The notes below the pieces were generated by a model. That model saw nothing but the letters and a program-made list of their open reading frames with translations, was not told the DNA's origin and made no database searches. A stretch of DNA of 64,000 nt from an uncultured Sphingorhabdus sp. (lineage in GTDB: Bacteria; Pseudomonadota; Alphaproteobacteria; Sphingomonadales; Sphingomonadaceae): assembly GCA_964572205.1 (NCBI GenBank), contig CAZNEO010000004.1:3185-67184 (forward strand), in the 5' to 3' direction. Positions 9,890-19,334 of the stretch are shown here, piece by piece. Position numbers and translations under genes: made by a program. Each line of letters begins with the position of its first letter. Positions within the stretch are counted from its first letter, which is position 1.

Positions 9890-9935
9890 TATGACCGATA
9901 TTGGGTCATATATAGGGGCAATGACCGATTGTCAA
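9890..9935 (-). promoter_or_regulatory. TA operon promoter with palindromic operator
   Basis: TTGACA (9935-9930) followed by a TATATA/TATATG -10; TATGACC-N7-GGTCATA at 9890-9910; extra ATGACCGAT half-site at 9921-9929. Confidence 0.7.
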
Positions 9936-9954
9936 ACGTCCGCCTGTCTGCCGC

Positions 9955-10476
9955 CTATTTCTTCTGCCCGCCCATGATGACCGCCGCGGTCTTGCCATCG
10001 TCGCTTGGGGTCACCGTGACAACCAGCGTCTCGCCGCCTTTGCCCTCTGCGGCAAAATTAGCGGTTGTCTTGTTGTCGCTGGTGCTGGTTGTTTGCGATT
10101 TGATCGCAAAGCCTTTGCCTTCGGCCTGCGACTTATAAAAAGCGATCACCTTGTCCGGCGCGTCGCTTGTTAAAACAGTGGCCATGCCGCCCTGGCTGTT
10201 CTTGCCGTCATTGCCCATGAACGCGCCTTGCACCTTGCCGCCCGGATAAACCGGCAGGCCAAGCGGCAGCCCCTGTTTGGCAGCAGCATCGCCAAAGGTG
10301 ATTGTACCGCCCTCGCCATCTTCGCTTTCAAAGCTGATCTTGCCGCTGTTGCTGTCATTGTCGCTATCAGCGGTAACCTTGATATCCTTGCCATCGGCGG
10401 AGGTGATTGTGGTGCTCCGCTCATTGCCGCACGCCGCCAGCGCAGCCGTGGCAAGCAACAGATATATGATACGCAT
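9955..10476 (-). CDS. Hypothetical lipoprotein
   Basis: LAAC lipobox; LP.GLPVYPGGKV and VIAFYKSQ motifs. Confidence 0.8.
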   Translation of the reverse strand: MRIIYLLLATAALAACGNERSTTITSADGKDIKVTADSDNDSNSGKISFESEDGEGGTITFGDAAAKQGLPLGLPVYPGGKVQGAFMGNDGKNSQGGMATVLTSDAPDKVIAFYKSQAEGKGFAIKSQTTSTSDNKTTANFAAEGKGGETLVVTVTPSDDGKTAAVIMGGQKK

Positions 10477-10572
10477 GGTCCATCTCCCTTGACCGTCTAT
10501 GCCTGATGACGGCAGGCTAACAGGCTGCGCCCCGCCGTCAAGGCCGGTGCAATGGGCCGCTAGGGCCCGCCC

Positions 10573-10884
10573 CTACAGTTTTTCGGCGATCACAAATTCG
10601 GGCGCGTCGACAAAGCCCATGAACTGACCCATGATTGTCTGCACGGTTTCGCCCGGCATATCTTCGCCGGTAAAGCCATCTAGATCGTCAATTTCGAAAA
10701 TTTCAAAATAGGTCTGCGACAGCGCGCCTTCGCCCATGAGCAAGCCGGTTGCCTTGAACGTGTCAAAGCGCGTCACGCGCCGCAGCGAACGCATGGTGGG
10801 CTGGTCGGTGTCGCGGACCCAGTTTTCAAAAGCCTCTGGCGAAACGCCGTCTTTCAAACGATAGCGGATAAGCAGGTAGGGCAT
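10573..10884 (-). CDS. REDY-like protein HapK / EthD-like
   Basis: YRLKDGVSPEAFENWVRDTD pattern. Confidence 0.65.
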   Translation of the reverse strand: MPYLLIRYRLKDGVSPEAFENWVRDTDQPTMRSLRRVTRFDTFKATGLLMGEGALSQTYFEIFEIDDLDGFTGEDMPGETVQTIMGQFMGFVDAPEFVIAEKL

Positions 10885-10893
10885 GGAATCTCC

Positions 10894-12402
10894 TTAGTTC
10901 CGCGGGGCCTGCCTGCGATAGGACAAGGCCTCGGCGATATGGATGCGCCCAACAGTTTCACTATCTGCCAGATCGGCAATGGTGCGGGCAACCCTCAAAA
11001 TCCTTGTATAGCCGCGCGCTGACAGCCGCATCGCCTCTGCCGCCTGCGCCAGCAGCCTTTGCCCCGGCTCATCAGGCGTTGCGTGACGCTCCAGCACATC
11101 GCCATCCAGTTCAGCATTGGTGCGCATGGGCGTGCCCGACAGACGCTGTGTTTGCACCTGGCGCGCCGCCAGCACGCGGGCAGCAACCTGGTCTGATCCT
11201 TCTGCCGGTGGCGGCAGGACTAGGTCAGCGGCGCTGACGCTTTCCACCTCAACATGCAGGTCGATACGGTCAAGCAGCGGCCCCGATATCTTTGCCTGAT
11301 AATCGGCGGCGCAGCGCGGCGCACGGCTGCATGCGAGCGCGGCATCGCCCAAATGGCCGCAACGGCAGGGGTTCATTGCCGCAACCAGCTGCACCCGCGC
11401 CGGGAAAGTGACATGGCTGTTCGCGCGCGCCACCGACACAAGGCCGGCTTCCAGCGGCTGGCGCAGGCTGTCCAGCACGGATCGCTGAAATTCCGGCAAT
11501 TCGTCAAGGAACAACACGCCCAGATGGGCAAGGCTGACTTCGCCCGGCCGCACTTTCAGCCCGCCGCCGACCAGCGCAGGCATGGATGCGCTGTGATGCG
11601 GCGAACGAAAGGGGCGATTGCGCGACATGCGACCGCCCTCCAGCGTGCCTGCCACCGAAGCGACCATCGAAACCTCAAGCGCCTCGGCAGGTGTCAGTTC
11701 GGGCAAAATGCCTGGCAGGCAGGCCGCCAGCAGCGATTTGCCCGCGCCCGGCGGCCCGACAAAAAGCAGATTATGCCCGCCCGCCGCCGCGATTTCCAGC
11801 GCGCGCTTCGCCGTTTCCTGCCCCTTGACCATTTTCAGGTCGGGGCCGGACCGGGCCTGTTCCACCTCGCCAGCGGCTGGCGCGACCAAAAGGCCCTGCC
11901 CTTTCAAATGGTTCAAAAGGCCAAGCAGGTCGGGGGCTGCGACAAGGTCGACATCGCCTGCCCATGCCGCCTCTGGCCCTTGCGCAGCCGGACAGATCAA
12001 CCCCATGCCCCGCGCGCTGGCATGAAGCGCGGCAAGCAGCACGCCGGGCGTTGCCGCAATCCGTCCATCCAGCCCCAGTTCGCCGACGACAATATAGTGC
12101 GACAGGGCATCACGATCAGCCAAGCCCATCGCCGCAAGCAGCGCCAGCGCAATGGGCAGGTCATAATGCGACCCTTCCTTTGGCAGGTCGGCAGGCGACA
12201 GATTGACGGTAATCCGCTTGGGAGGCAGCGACAGGCCAAGCGCAGCAATAGCTGCGCGCACCCGTTCGCGGCTTTCGGCCACCGCCTTGTCCGGCAGGCC
12301 GACCACGACAAAGCCGGGGACGCCAGCGGCAATCTGGCACTGAACCTCCACCGCGCGGGCCTCAAGGCCCAGATAGGCTGTGGTTGAAATGACGGCGACC
12401 AC
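10894..12402 (-). CDS. comM: YifB/ComM Mg-chelatase-like AAA+ ATPase
   Basis: VGLPDKAVAESRERV, GPPGAGKS, LFLDELPEF, NPCRCG, GPLLDRID; GTG start at 12402 after GGGGAG. Confidence 0.93.
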   Translation of the reverse strand: MVAVISTTAYLGLEARAVEVQCQIAAGVPGFVVVGLPDKAVAESRERVRAAIAALGLSLPPKRITVNLSPADLPKEGSHYDLPIALALLAAMGLADRDALSHYIVVGELGLDGRIAATPGVLLAALHASARGMGLICPAAQGPEAAWAGDVDLVAAPDLLGLLNHLKGQGLLVAPAAGEVEQARSGPDLKMVKGQETAKRALEIAAAGGHNLLFVGPPGAGKSLLAACLPGILPELTPAEALEVSMVASVAGTLEGGRMSRNRPFRSPHHSASMPALVGGGLKVRPGEVSLAHLGVLFLDELPEFQRSVLDSLRQPLEAGLVSVARANSHVTFPARVQLVAAMNPCRCGHLGDAALACSRAPRCAADYQAKISGPLLDRIDLHVEVESVSAADLVLPPPAEGSDQVAARVLAARQVQTQRLSGTPMRTNAELDGDVLERHATPDEPGQRLLAQAAEAMRLSARGYTRILRVARTIADLADSETVGRIHIAEALSYRRQAPRN

Positions 12403-12596
12403 AAACAACTCCCCCAAAAATCCGCATCCACATTGCCGAATGGGCGCAATTGGCCGCGCGCCATGGGCCTTGTCGATGGCGGCCAATTGCCTAGGCAATA
12501 ACTACCCGTCTGCAAAAGAGGGTCAGGACCTATACAAATTTTGCATTAACCCTAGCTGCCCACCTTCCTGTAAGCAGTTGCTGATTAAGGCAGGGC

Positions 12597-13274
12597 ATGA
12601 GGTCGCTGATTGCCGTCACCTTGTTCGCCTGTGCCGCGCCTGTCGCGGCGCAGGCGACTATGGCCATCACCGTTGAGGAAACGGTGTATGAGGTTGGCGA
12701 CGGCGCAGCGCAGCGCTACATGGCCGACAGTTTCGGCAATCTTGCCCCCAGCAGCGCGCCCATCGCCAGCTTTGGCCCCTTTCACATGCTTTCGCCTACG
12801 CGCGCCGAACTGATCGGCAGCATCGAAAGCGATACGCCCGCGCTATTTGCCAAAATGCTGCGCGCTTTTCCTCGTCTGTCTCGGATCGACATGGTGGACT
12901 GCCCCGGCACAGGCGATGATGAGGCGAACCTGACGCTTGCCCGCATGGTGCGCAAGGCAGGCATTGCAACCCATGTCCCCGATGGTGGCTCGGTGCGTTC
13001 GGGCGGGGTTGAACTGTTCCTCGCAGGGGTAAAGCGCAGCGCCGCGCCCACCGCGGAATTTGCCGTGCATAGCTGGATGGACGAGGACGGGCTGGAGGCG
13101 CAGGATTATCCCGCCGATGACCCCGCGCACCGCGACTATATCGATTTCTACCGCGAAATGGGCATGGCCGATCACGTAGCCCGCAGCTTTTACGCGATGA
13201 CCAACAGCGCCCCGCATGATGAGGCGCTTTACCTAACCCGGCAGGACATGAGCCGCTACGTGTCGCTCGATTGA
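12597..13274 (+). CDS. Exported hypothetical hydrolase, ClpP/crotonase-like
   Basis: Signal peptide; RSGGVELFLAG and FAVHSW resemble Ser/His motifs of ClpP-like folds. Confidence 0.6.
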   Translation: MRSLIAVTLFACAAPVAAQATMAITVEETVYEVGDGAAQRYMADSFGNLAPSSAPIASFGPFHMLSPTRAELIGSIESDTPALFAKMLRAFPRLSRIDMVDCPGTGDDEANLTLARMVRKAGIATHVPDGGSVRSGGVELFLAGVKRSAAPTAEFAVHSWMDEDGLEAQDYPADDPAHRDYIDFYREMGMADHVARSFYAMTNSAPHDEALYLTRQDMSRYVSLD

Positions 13275-13326
13275 AGCGCGAATTTATCTTGGCCAGCGGC
13301 CTGCCCCTGCCCTATTGCCCTGCGAT

Positions 13327-13815
13327 ATGGGGCAGGATGCGATAGTTTACCGGCATGACCGGCGGCATGGCGACGATACGCTGATCGTTGAGATGCACCG
13401 CCGCGGCTATGCAAGCGAAGGGCCACGCTTTGGCGAAGCCTTTTGCCGCTTTGTTGGCGAGACTGTGGCCGAGGCAAAGCTTGGCCAATCGCCGCGCAGC
13501 CGTGTCTGGTTTGCCGAGCGCGATGGCGCCGCGATTGGCTGTGCCGCGCTGGTGGACCGGGGCGAGATTGGCCAGTTGCGCTGGCTTGTGCTGCTGCCCG
13601 AAGCGCGCGGGCACGGCGTCGGGCGCGCTCTGGTGGACCGGGTGCTGGCCCATGCCCGCGCTTGCAATCACCGCTCGATCTTCCTTGAAACAACCGATGG
13701 CCTTGATGCCTCCATGGGCATTTATGAAAAGCTCGGCTTTCAGGTTTCCGACAGCCATGTCGAGCAACTCTGGCATGGGCCGGGTATCCACATTACCATG
13801 GCGCTGCCGCTGTAA
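13327..13815 (+). CDS. GNAT family N-acetyltransferase
   Basis: PEARGHGVGRAL acetyl-CoA motif A; IYEKLGF. Confidence 0.88.
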   Translation: MGQDAIVYRHDRRHGDDTLIVEMHRRGYASEGPRFGEAFCRFVGETVAEAKLGQSPRSRVWFAERDGAAIGCAALVDRGEIGQLRWLVLLPEARGHGVGRALVDRVLAHARACNHRSIFLETTDGLDASMGIYEKLGFQVSDSHVEQLWHGPGIHITMALPL

Positions 13816-13924
13816 AGCCGGGGTAAATTCTCCCCGTCGCTGGTCACAAGCCCGACATGTTCCGCCGCCAATCATTGGCATTATGACAGGCCAATGGCAT
13901 GATGACAGACGGAGGAGAAGCACA

Positions 13925-14296
13925 ATGAGCTATGTTGACGGTTTCGTAATCGCCGTGCCCAAGGCGAACAGGCAGAAATTCATTGACCATGCCAATATGG
14001 CGGACGGCATGTTTCTGGAAATGGGTGCAACGCGCATCCTGGAATGCTGGGCCGACGATGTGCCCGATGGCACCGTCACAGATTTCCGCATGGCCGTGAA
14101 GGCCGAAGCGGATGAGGATGTTGTCTTCAGCTGGATCGAATGGCCCGACAAGGAAACAAGGGACAAGGCCTATGCCATCATGATGGACCCCAACAACAGC
14201 GACCCGCGCATGGACCCGAAGAAAAACCCCATCCCATTCGATGGCAAGCGCATGATTTATGGTGGTTTCGCGCCCGTTGTAAAAATGGAGCAATGA
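13925..14296 (+). CDS. DUF1428 family protein
   Basis: MSYVDGFVIAVP, VVFSWIEWPDK, PFDGKRMIYGGF; GGAGGAG RBS. Confidence 0.9.
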   Translation: MSYVDGFVIAVPKANRQKFIDHANMADGMFLEMGATRILECWADDVPDGTVTDFRMAVKAEADEDVVFSWIEWPDKETRDKAYAIMMDPNNSDPRMDPKKNPIPFDGKRMIYGGFAPVVKMEQ

Positions 14297-14391
14297 CATG
14301 GCCAACCAACATGGCATTTGAGGCAATTCTGACCATGCAAAAAATTGATGTTGCAGCGATCGAGGCAGCGGTGTGGGGAGATATTGAATGA
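14293..14391 (+). pseudogene. 32-codon remnant of a VOC/PhnB-like gene
   Basis: MTWPTNMAFEAILTMQKIDVAAIEAAVWGDIE resembles the C-terminal AF.AM..M.KIDVAAIEAA of that family; ATGA overlaps on both sides. Confidence 0.65.
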
Positions 14392-14858
14392 CCGCAACAG
14401 CAGACAATGGTTGGGAACTGCGCATCGAACGCCATATCGCTGCGCCGCCGGAAAAAGCGTGGGATATAATGGCCAACCGCATTGACGAATGGTGGTGCCC
14501 AAAGCCCTGGCGCGCCGAATTCAGCCAGTTGGAGCGGCGCGCAGGCGGGGCGTCCATGTGCACCATGTATGGGCCCGATGGCGAAGTGCATCCGCATCCT
14601 GGCTTTGTGCTGGCATGGGAGGAAGGCAAACGCTTTGCCTTTACCGATGCGGTTGTGCCCGATTTGATGCCTTCGGGGCCGTTCATGATTGGCATCTGGT
14701 CGGTTGAGGCGGCCAATGAAGATGGTGTCGACGGCACGCGATACACCGCGCTTTGCCGCCATTGGACCGAGGCGGATTGCAAACGGCATGAGAAAATGGG
14801 CTTTGTCGAGGGCTGGGGCGCATGCGCCGATCAGCTGGTGGCGCTGTGTGAGGCTTAG
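14388..14858 (+). CDS. SRPBCC (AHSA1/START-like) domain protein
   Basis: ELRIERHIAAPPEK, WWCPKPW, HEKMGFVEGWG. Confidence 0.88.
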   Translation: MTATADNGWELRIERHIAAPPEKAWDIMANRIDEWWCPKPWRAEFSQLERRAGGASMCTMYGPDGEVHPHPGFVLAWEEGKRFAFTDAVVPDLMPSGPFMIGIWSVEAANEDGVDGTRYTALCRHWTEADCKRHEKMGFVEGWGACADQLVALCEA

Positions 14859-14923
14859 GCTCAACAACCATCAAATATCCCACTGTCCTTGTTTCGTCAA
14901 AAAACTTGCCCACATGGGCTGGC

Positions 14924-15256
14924 ATGACAAAAGCCTCCCCCACCAAGGCCAAGAAGCTGACAGAAACGCGGGCATGGCAATGGACGATGATTGCGATTGG
15001 CTGGGTCTTCATCGTCATGGCCCCCATTGTCAGCCCGCTGCCGGGGCCAATGGGGCTTGCATTCTTTATCTTTGGTTCGGCGCTGATCCTGAAAAATTCG
15101 CTTTGGGCGAAAAGGCACTATGCACGCGCCAGCAAGCGCCATCCCGAATATGGCGAATGGCTAAACTGGGCGATGCGGCGCAAACGCTTTAAGGTGCGGC
15201 CGCCCTTCCCGCCGGTAAAGCGCGATTTGCTGCGGTTGATCGGCAGAGGCGGTTGA
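14924..15256 (+). CDS. Small membrane protein, PGPGW-like
   Basis: Two hydrophobic segments around PLPGPMG; basic tail. Confidence 0.65.
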   Translation: MTKASPTKAKKLTETRAWQWTMIAIGWVFIVMAPIVSPLPGPMGLAFFIFGSALILKNSLWAKRHYARASKRHPEYGEWLNWAMRRKRFKVRPPFPPVKRDLLRLIGRGG

Positions 15257-15361
15257 CTTTTCCAGCGTCGAATCCTAATGGCCAGCGCAACAAGGCTGGT
15301 CGCCGGGAAGATTCGGCGGCCTTTTGCTTTTTAAACGCTAGAAAAACCAAGGATATCGCCC

Positions 15362-15496
15362 ATGAAGCGCACCTTTCAACCGAGCAATCTCGTCCGCGCT
15401 CGCCGTCACGGCTTTCGCCTGCGCATGTCGACCGCAAAGGGTCGCGCCATATTGAACGCCCGCCGCGCGCGTGGCCGCAAGAAGCTGTCTGCCTGA
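15362..15496 (+). CDS. rpmH: 50S ribosomal protein L34
   Basis: [44 protein letters not shown], read directly (below the ORF-track cutoff). Confidence 0.97.
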   Translation: MKRTFQPSNLVRARRHGFRLRMSTAKGRAILNARRARGRKKLSA

Positions 15497-15513
15497 GCAC
15501 AGGCGGGCCGCCC

Positions 15514-15957
15514 ATGCGCGGTTACAGCATCATCAAAAAGCGGTCGGATTTTCTGAGCGCCAACCGGGGGAAGCGCTATGCCACCCCCGGTTTTGTTTTG
15601 CTGGTCCATGACCGGCGCGACAACGACCCGGCCAAGCGGCTGGGGATTACAATCACCAAAAAAGTGGGCAACGCCGTGGTGCGCAACCGGATGCGGCGAC
15701 GTTTCCGCGAGCTGGCGCGGGCATTGCTGCCAACGCTGGGCAAAGCGGGGGCGGACCATATATTGATCGGGCGCGATGGCGGGATAGAGCGCGATTTCGG
15801 GCTGTTGCGCGAAGAAATGGCGAAGGCATTGGGGAAGTTGGGCGGCACATCTCCCCTCCCGCTTGCGGAAGGGGTTGGAGGAGGGCCTGAAAAGGCACAA
15901 ACTCGCTCCGCTCACACCCTCCCCAACCCCTCCCGCAAGCGTGAGGGGCTATCATGA
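15514..15957 (+). CDS. rnpA: RNase P protein component with repeat-derived C-terminal extension
   Basis: [23 protein letters not shown]; position between rpmH and yidD. Confidence 0.95.
   Translation: MRGYSIIKKRSDFLSANRGKRYATPGFVLLVHDRRDNDPAKRLGITITKKVGNAVVRNRMRRRFRELARALLPTLGKAGADHILIGRDGGIERDFGLLREEMAKALGKLGGTSPLPLAEGVGGGPEKAQTRSAHTLPNPSRKREGLS
15853..15948. repeat. CCCCTCCCGCTTGCGGGAGGGG-family palindromic element, in-frame in rnpA
   Basis: Inverted arms 15853-15885 and 15917-15948. Confidence 0.9.
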
Positions 15958-16166
15958 TCGCCAAGCTCCTCATCCTCATTACGCGCGGCTGGCAGCTTGG
16001 CCCGTCGCGCATATTGCCGCCCACTTGCCGTTTCACGCCAAGCTGCTCTGCCTATGCGATAACCGCGCTTCAAAAATATGGCGCGATTAAGGGTAGCTGG
16101 CTTGCGGCGAAACGGCTAATGCGCTGCCAACCTTGGGGCGGGCACGGGCATGATCCCGTCCCATGA
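15954..16166 (+). CDS. yidD: Membrane protein insertion efficiency factor
   Basis: [24 protein letters not shown]. Confidence 0.95.
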   Translation: MIAKLLILITRGWQLGPSRILPPTCRFTPSCSAYAITALQKYGAIKGSWLAAKRLMRCQPWGGHGHDPVP

Positions 16167-16202
16167 TGTCCCCGCACATTGAATATACAGGGAATTTATC
16201 GC

Positions 16203-17957
16203 GTGGAAGACCGGCGTAATATCATCATGGCAGTGTTGCTGACGGGGATCATCCTGTTCGGCTGGCCTTATGTGGCCAATTATTTTTACCCTGCCCCACC
16301 GCCTGAAAAGACCGTAAGCGCCCCTGCAAAGGTCGATGGTCCTGATGTGGACAGTGGCGACATCGCGGCGCCGAAATCACGCAATGTCCCGCTAGCAGCA
16401 GCTTTGTCCGCATCGCCCAGGGTCACAATCAAGACACCGAAGCTTGAAGGATCGATCAATCTTGCGGGCGCGCGCATCGACGATCTGGTGATGCAGGTGC
16501 ACCGCGAAACGTTGGCCAAGGATTCGCCGGCGGTGCGCCTGTTTGCGCCATCTGGCACGGCAAATGCCTATTTCGCCCGTTTCGGTTGGGTTGGCGAAGG
16601 CGTGACGCTGCCGACCGACACGACGATGTGGACGGCCAACGCCACTCAGTTGACGCCGAAAACGCCGGTCACGCTGACCTGGAGCAATCCCGAAGGCCAG
16701 CGGTTCGACATCATCCTGTCAATTGATCCGCATTACATGATCACGGCACAGCAACGCTTTACCAACGCGGCCGGCCTGCCGAGTGTCAACATCGCGCCAC
16801 GCAGCATCATCAGCCGCAAAGGCACACCTGCCGATGCGACAAAGGGCGGTTCGTGGCTGACACAGATCCATATCGGTCCCATGGGGGTCTTTGACAACAA
16901 GCCCAATTATGACTGGGGTTATGATCAGGTTTCCGAAGAAAATGGCGGCAAGGTAAGTTTTGCTACCACGGGCGGCTGGAACGGGCTGAATGACAAATAT
17001 TGGCTCGCCGCGCTGATCCCCGACCAGAAGGTGCCTGTGAAGGCTGAGTTTGTTTCAAAGGACGGCTTTAACTGGGCTGTGCAGTATAATGCACGCATGA
17101 CTGCCGTCAGGTCCGGCGAAACCATGAGCCAGACGTCGCGCCTGTTCGCGGGGGCCAAAGAATATGAAGAGCTGAACACCTACACGCAAAAACTTGGCAT
17201 TCCCTATCTCGACTATTCGATCGACTGGGGCTGGTTCTGGTTCATTGCCATACCGTTCCACAAATTGCTGCTGTGGCTTTTTGAACTGTTCGGCAATTTC
17301 GGCCTCGCAATCATCGGGCTTACGATCATCGTGCGTGCGTTCATGTTCCCCGTTGCGCAGAAACAGTTCGCCTCAATGGCGCAGATGCGCGCGGTGCAGC
17401 CCAAAATGAAGGCGCTGCAGGAGCGCTACAAAGATGACAAGCAGCAGCTGCAGCAGCAGATGATGAAGCTGTATCAGGAAGAAAAGGTCAATCCGCTCGC
17501 CGGATGCCTGCCCATCCTGATTCAGATTCCGATATTCTTCGCGCTGTACAAGAATCTGATGCTTTCGGTTGAGATGCGCCACCAGCCCTTCTTCCTGTGG
17601 CTAAAGGATTTGTCGGCACCCGATCCATTGACGCCGATCAACCTGTTCGGCCTGCTGCCCTTCACGCCGCCCGCCTTTATCGCCATCGGCATTTTGCCGA
17701 TCCTGCTAGGGATTACCATGTGGCTGATGCAGCGGTTGAACCCGGCGCCAATGGATGAGGTGCAAAAACAGGTGTTTGCCATCATGCCCTGGTTCCTGAT
17801 GTTCATCATGGCCCCGTTCGCGGCAGGATTGCAGCTTTACTGGGTGGTCTCCAACGTCATTTCGATCGCGCAGCAAAGCTGGCTCTATTCGCGGCATCCG
17901 ATCCTGAAACAACAGGCGGAAAAAGAGGCAGCGGAAAAGGCGAAAGCAAAGGCTTAG
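16203..17957 (+). CDS. yidC: Membrane protein insertase
   Basis: IDWGWF, NPLAGCLP, QIPIFFALY, DLSAPDP, AGLQLYW; GTG start at 16203. Confidence 0.96.
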   Translation: MEDRRNIIMAVLLTGIILFGWPYVANYFYPAPPPEKTVSAPAKVDGPDVDSGDIAAPKSRNVPLAAALSASPRVTIKTPKLEGSINLAGARIDDLVMQVHRETLAKDSPAVRLFAPSGTANAYFARFGWVGEGVTLPTDTTMWTANATQLTPKTPVTLTWSNPEGQRFDIILSIDPHYMITAQQRFTNAAGLPSVNIAPRSIISRKGTPADATKGGSWLTQIHIGPMGVFDNKPNYDWGYDQVSEENGGKVSFATTGGWNGLNDKYWLAALIPDQKVPVKAEFVSKDGFNWAVQYNARMTAVRSGETMSQTSRLFAGAKEYEELNTYTQKLGIPYLDYSIDWGWFWFIAIPFHKLLLWLFELFGNFGLAIIGLTIIVRAFMFPVAQKQFASMAQMRAVQPKMKALQERYKDDKQQLQQQMMKLYQEEKVNPLAGCLPILIQIPIFFALYKNLMLSVEMRHQPFFLWLKDLSAPDPLTPINLFGLLPFTPPAFIAIGILPILLGITMWLMQRLNPAPMDEVQKQVFAIMPWFLMFIMAPFAAGLQLYWVVSNVISIAQQSWLYSRHPILKQQAEKEAAEKAKAKA

Positions 17958-17972
17958 GCTCTGGGACGGCAC

Positions 17973-18033
17973 AATTAAGGGACAGTCACCTAATTATGAA
18001 CGAAGTCTATAATTAGGTGACTGTCCCTTAATT
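17973..18033. repeat. Perfect 25-bp inverted repeat with 11-nt loop (GGGACAGTCACC core)
   Basis: aattaagggacagtcacctaattat (17973-17997) and its exact reverse complement (18009-18033). Confidence 0.92.
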
Positions 18034-18054
18034 ATGGTCACAACGGAATAGAAT

Positions 18055-18666
18055 ATGGACCAAAAAATCTTTTCCGGCCCTGTAGCCTTTCTGAAGTCCG
18101 CTCCGGGGCTGGAATTTCTGCCTGACGCGACCGTCCCGGAAATTGCCTTTGCCGGTAGGTCCAATGTCGGCAAGTCGAGCCTGATCAACGCGCTGGTGGG
18201 CCGCAACGGCCTTGCCCGCGCGTCAAATACGCCGGGCCGTACGCAGGAGCTGAACTTTTTCGACGTGGGCGCGCCGCCCCTTTTCCGCATCTGCGACATG
18301 CCGGGCTATGGCTATGCCAAGGCTCCCATCAAGACCGTGCAGAAATGGCGCTATCTGGTGAATGACTATCTGCGCGGGCGGCAAGTGCTGAAACGCACCT
18401 TCCTGCTGATCGACAGCCGCCATGGCATCAAGGACGTGGACCGCGAGATCATGAAAATGCTCGACGGTGCAGCAGTTAGCTATCGCATCGTCCTGACAAA
18501 GGCCGACAAGGTAAAGGCCAGCGAACTGGCCGAAGTTGAGGCCGCAACGCTAAGCGAACTGCGCAAGCACAGCGCGGCATTCCCCGTGATCAGCGCGACT
18601 TCTGCGGAGAAACGCGGCGGGATTGATGCCTTGCGCGATGCGGTGCTAGAAGCGGTGCTGACATGA
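18055..18666 (+). CDS. engB: Ribosome biogenesis GTPase YihA/EngB
   Basis: GRSNVGKS, TPGRT, DMPGYG, TKADK. Confidence 0.95.
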   Translation: MDQKIFSGPVAFLKSAPGLEFLPDATVPEIAFAGRSNVGKSSLINALVGRNGLARASNTPGRTQELNFFDVGAPPLFRICDMPGYGYAKAPIKTVQKWRYLVNDYLRGRQVLKRTFLLIDSRHGIKDVDREIMKMLDGAAVSYRIVLTKADKVKASELAEVEAATLSELRKHSAAFPVISATSAEKRGGIDALRDAVLEAVLT

Positions 18667-19334
18667 CCATGAAACTTATCATCGGAAACAAGGCCTATTC
18701 CAGCTGGAGCCTGCGCGGCTGGCTTGCGGTCAAACAGTCCGGGCTTGCCTTTGACGAGGTGACGGTGCCGCTGTTCGACGAACAATGGGATGAACGCAAG
18801 CGTGAGGAGGATCTCGCTCCGTCATCGGGCAAGGTTCCGGCGCTTTGGGATGGCGATGCTGTGATCTGGGACAGTCTAGCCATATTGGAATATCTTGCCG
18901 ACAAGGTGGGCCGCGACCGGTTCTGGCCACGTGATGATGCCCCGCGCGGTCTTGCCCGTTCGATGGTTGCGGAAATGCACGCAGGCTTCCTGCAGCTGCG
19001 CCGCGAATGCCCGATGAACCTGCGCAAGGTATTTGAAGGCGTGACGATCAGCGATGAATGCCGCAACGATGCTTTGCGCATCCTGCAATTGTGGGCCGAG
19101 GCACGCGCACGCTTTGGCAATGAAGGGCCCTATCTGTTCGGCACCTTCAGCGCCGCAGATATCATGTTTGCGCCCGTCGTGACGCGCTTTGTGACTTATG
19201 GCTTCACGCTTCCGGGCTTTGCCGCCACCTATGTCGATGCGATGCGCGCGCATCCATGGATGGAAGAATGGCATCAGGGGGCAAGCAGCGAGCCGTGGGT
19301 TATTGCGAAATATGAGACGGTACCGCCTAAATAA
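18663..19334 (+). CDS. Glutathione S-transferase family protein
   Basis: GNKAYSSWSLRGW, GKVPAL, WDSLAI, AEMHAGF. Confidence 0.9.
   Translation: MTMKLIIGNKAYSSWSLRGWLAVKQSGLAFDEVTVPLFDEQWDERKREEDLAPSSGKVPALWDGDAVIWDSLAILEYLADKVGRDRFWPRDDAPRGLARSMVAEMHAGFLQLRRECPMNLRKVFEGVTISDECRNDALRILQLWAEARARFGNEGPYLFGTFSAADIMFAPVVTRFVTYGFTLPGFAATYVDAMRAHPWMEEWHQGASSEPWVIAKYETVPPK

Noticed and set aside
13388-13924. 302-aa ORF as an extended DUF1428 protein
   Set aside because: It overlaps the GNAT gene; a strong RBS precedes ATG 13925
15253-15513. 234-aa ORF as a long RnpA
   Set aside because: The upstream part overlaps rpmH in another frame; the real start is most likely ATG 15514
18034-18054. Stop-codon readthrough at the engB N-terminus (ATG GTC ACA ACG GAA TAG AAT ATG)
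   Set aside because: The downstream ATG gives a complete GTPase; the upstream codons abut the inserted palindrome and are probably incidental
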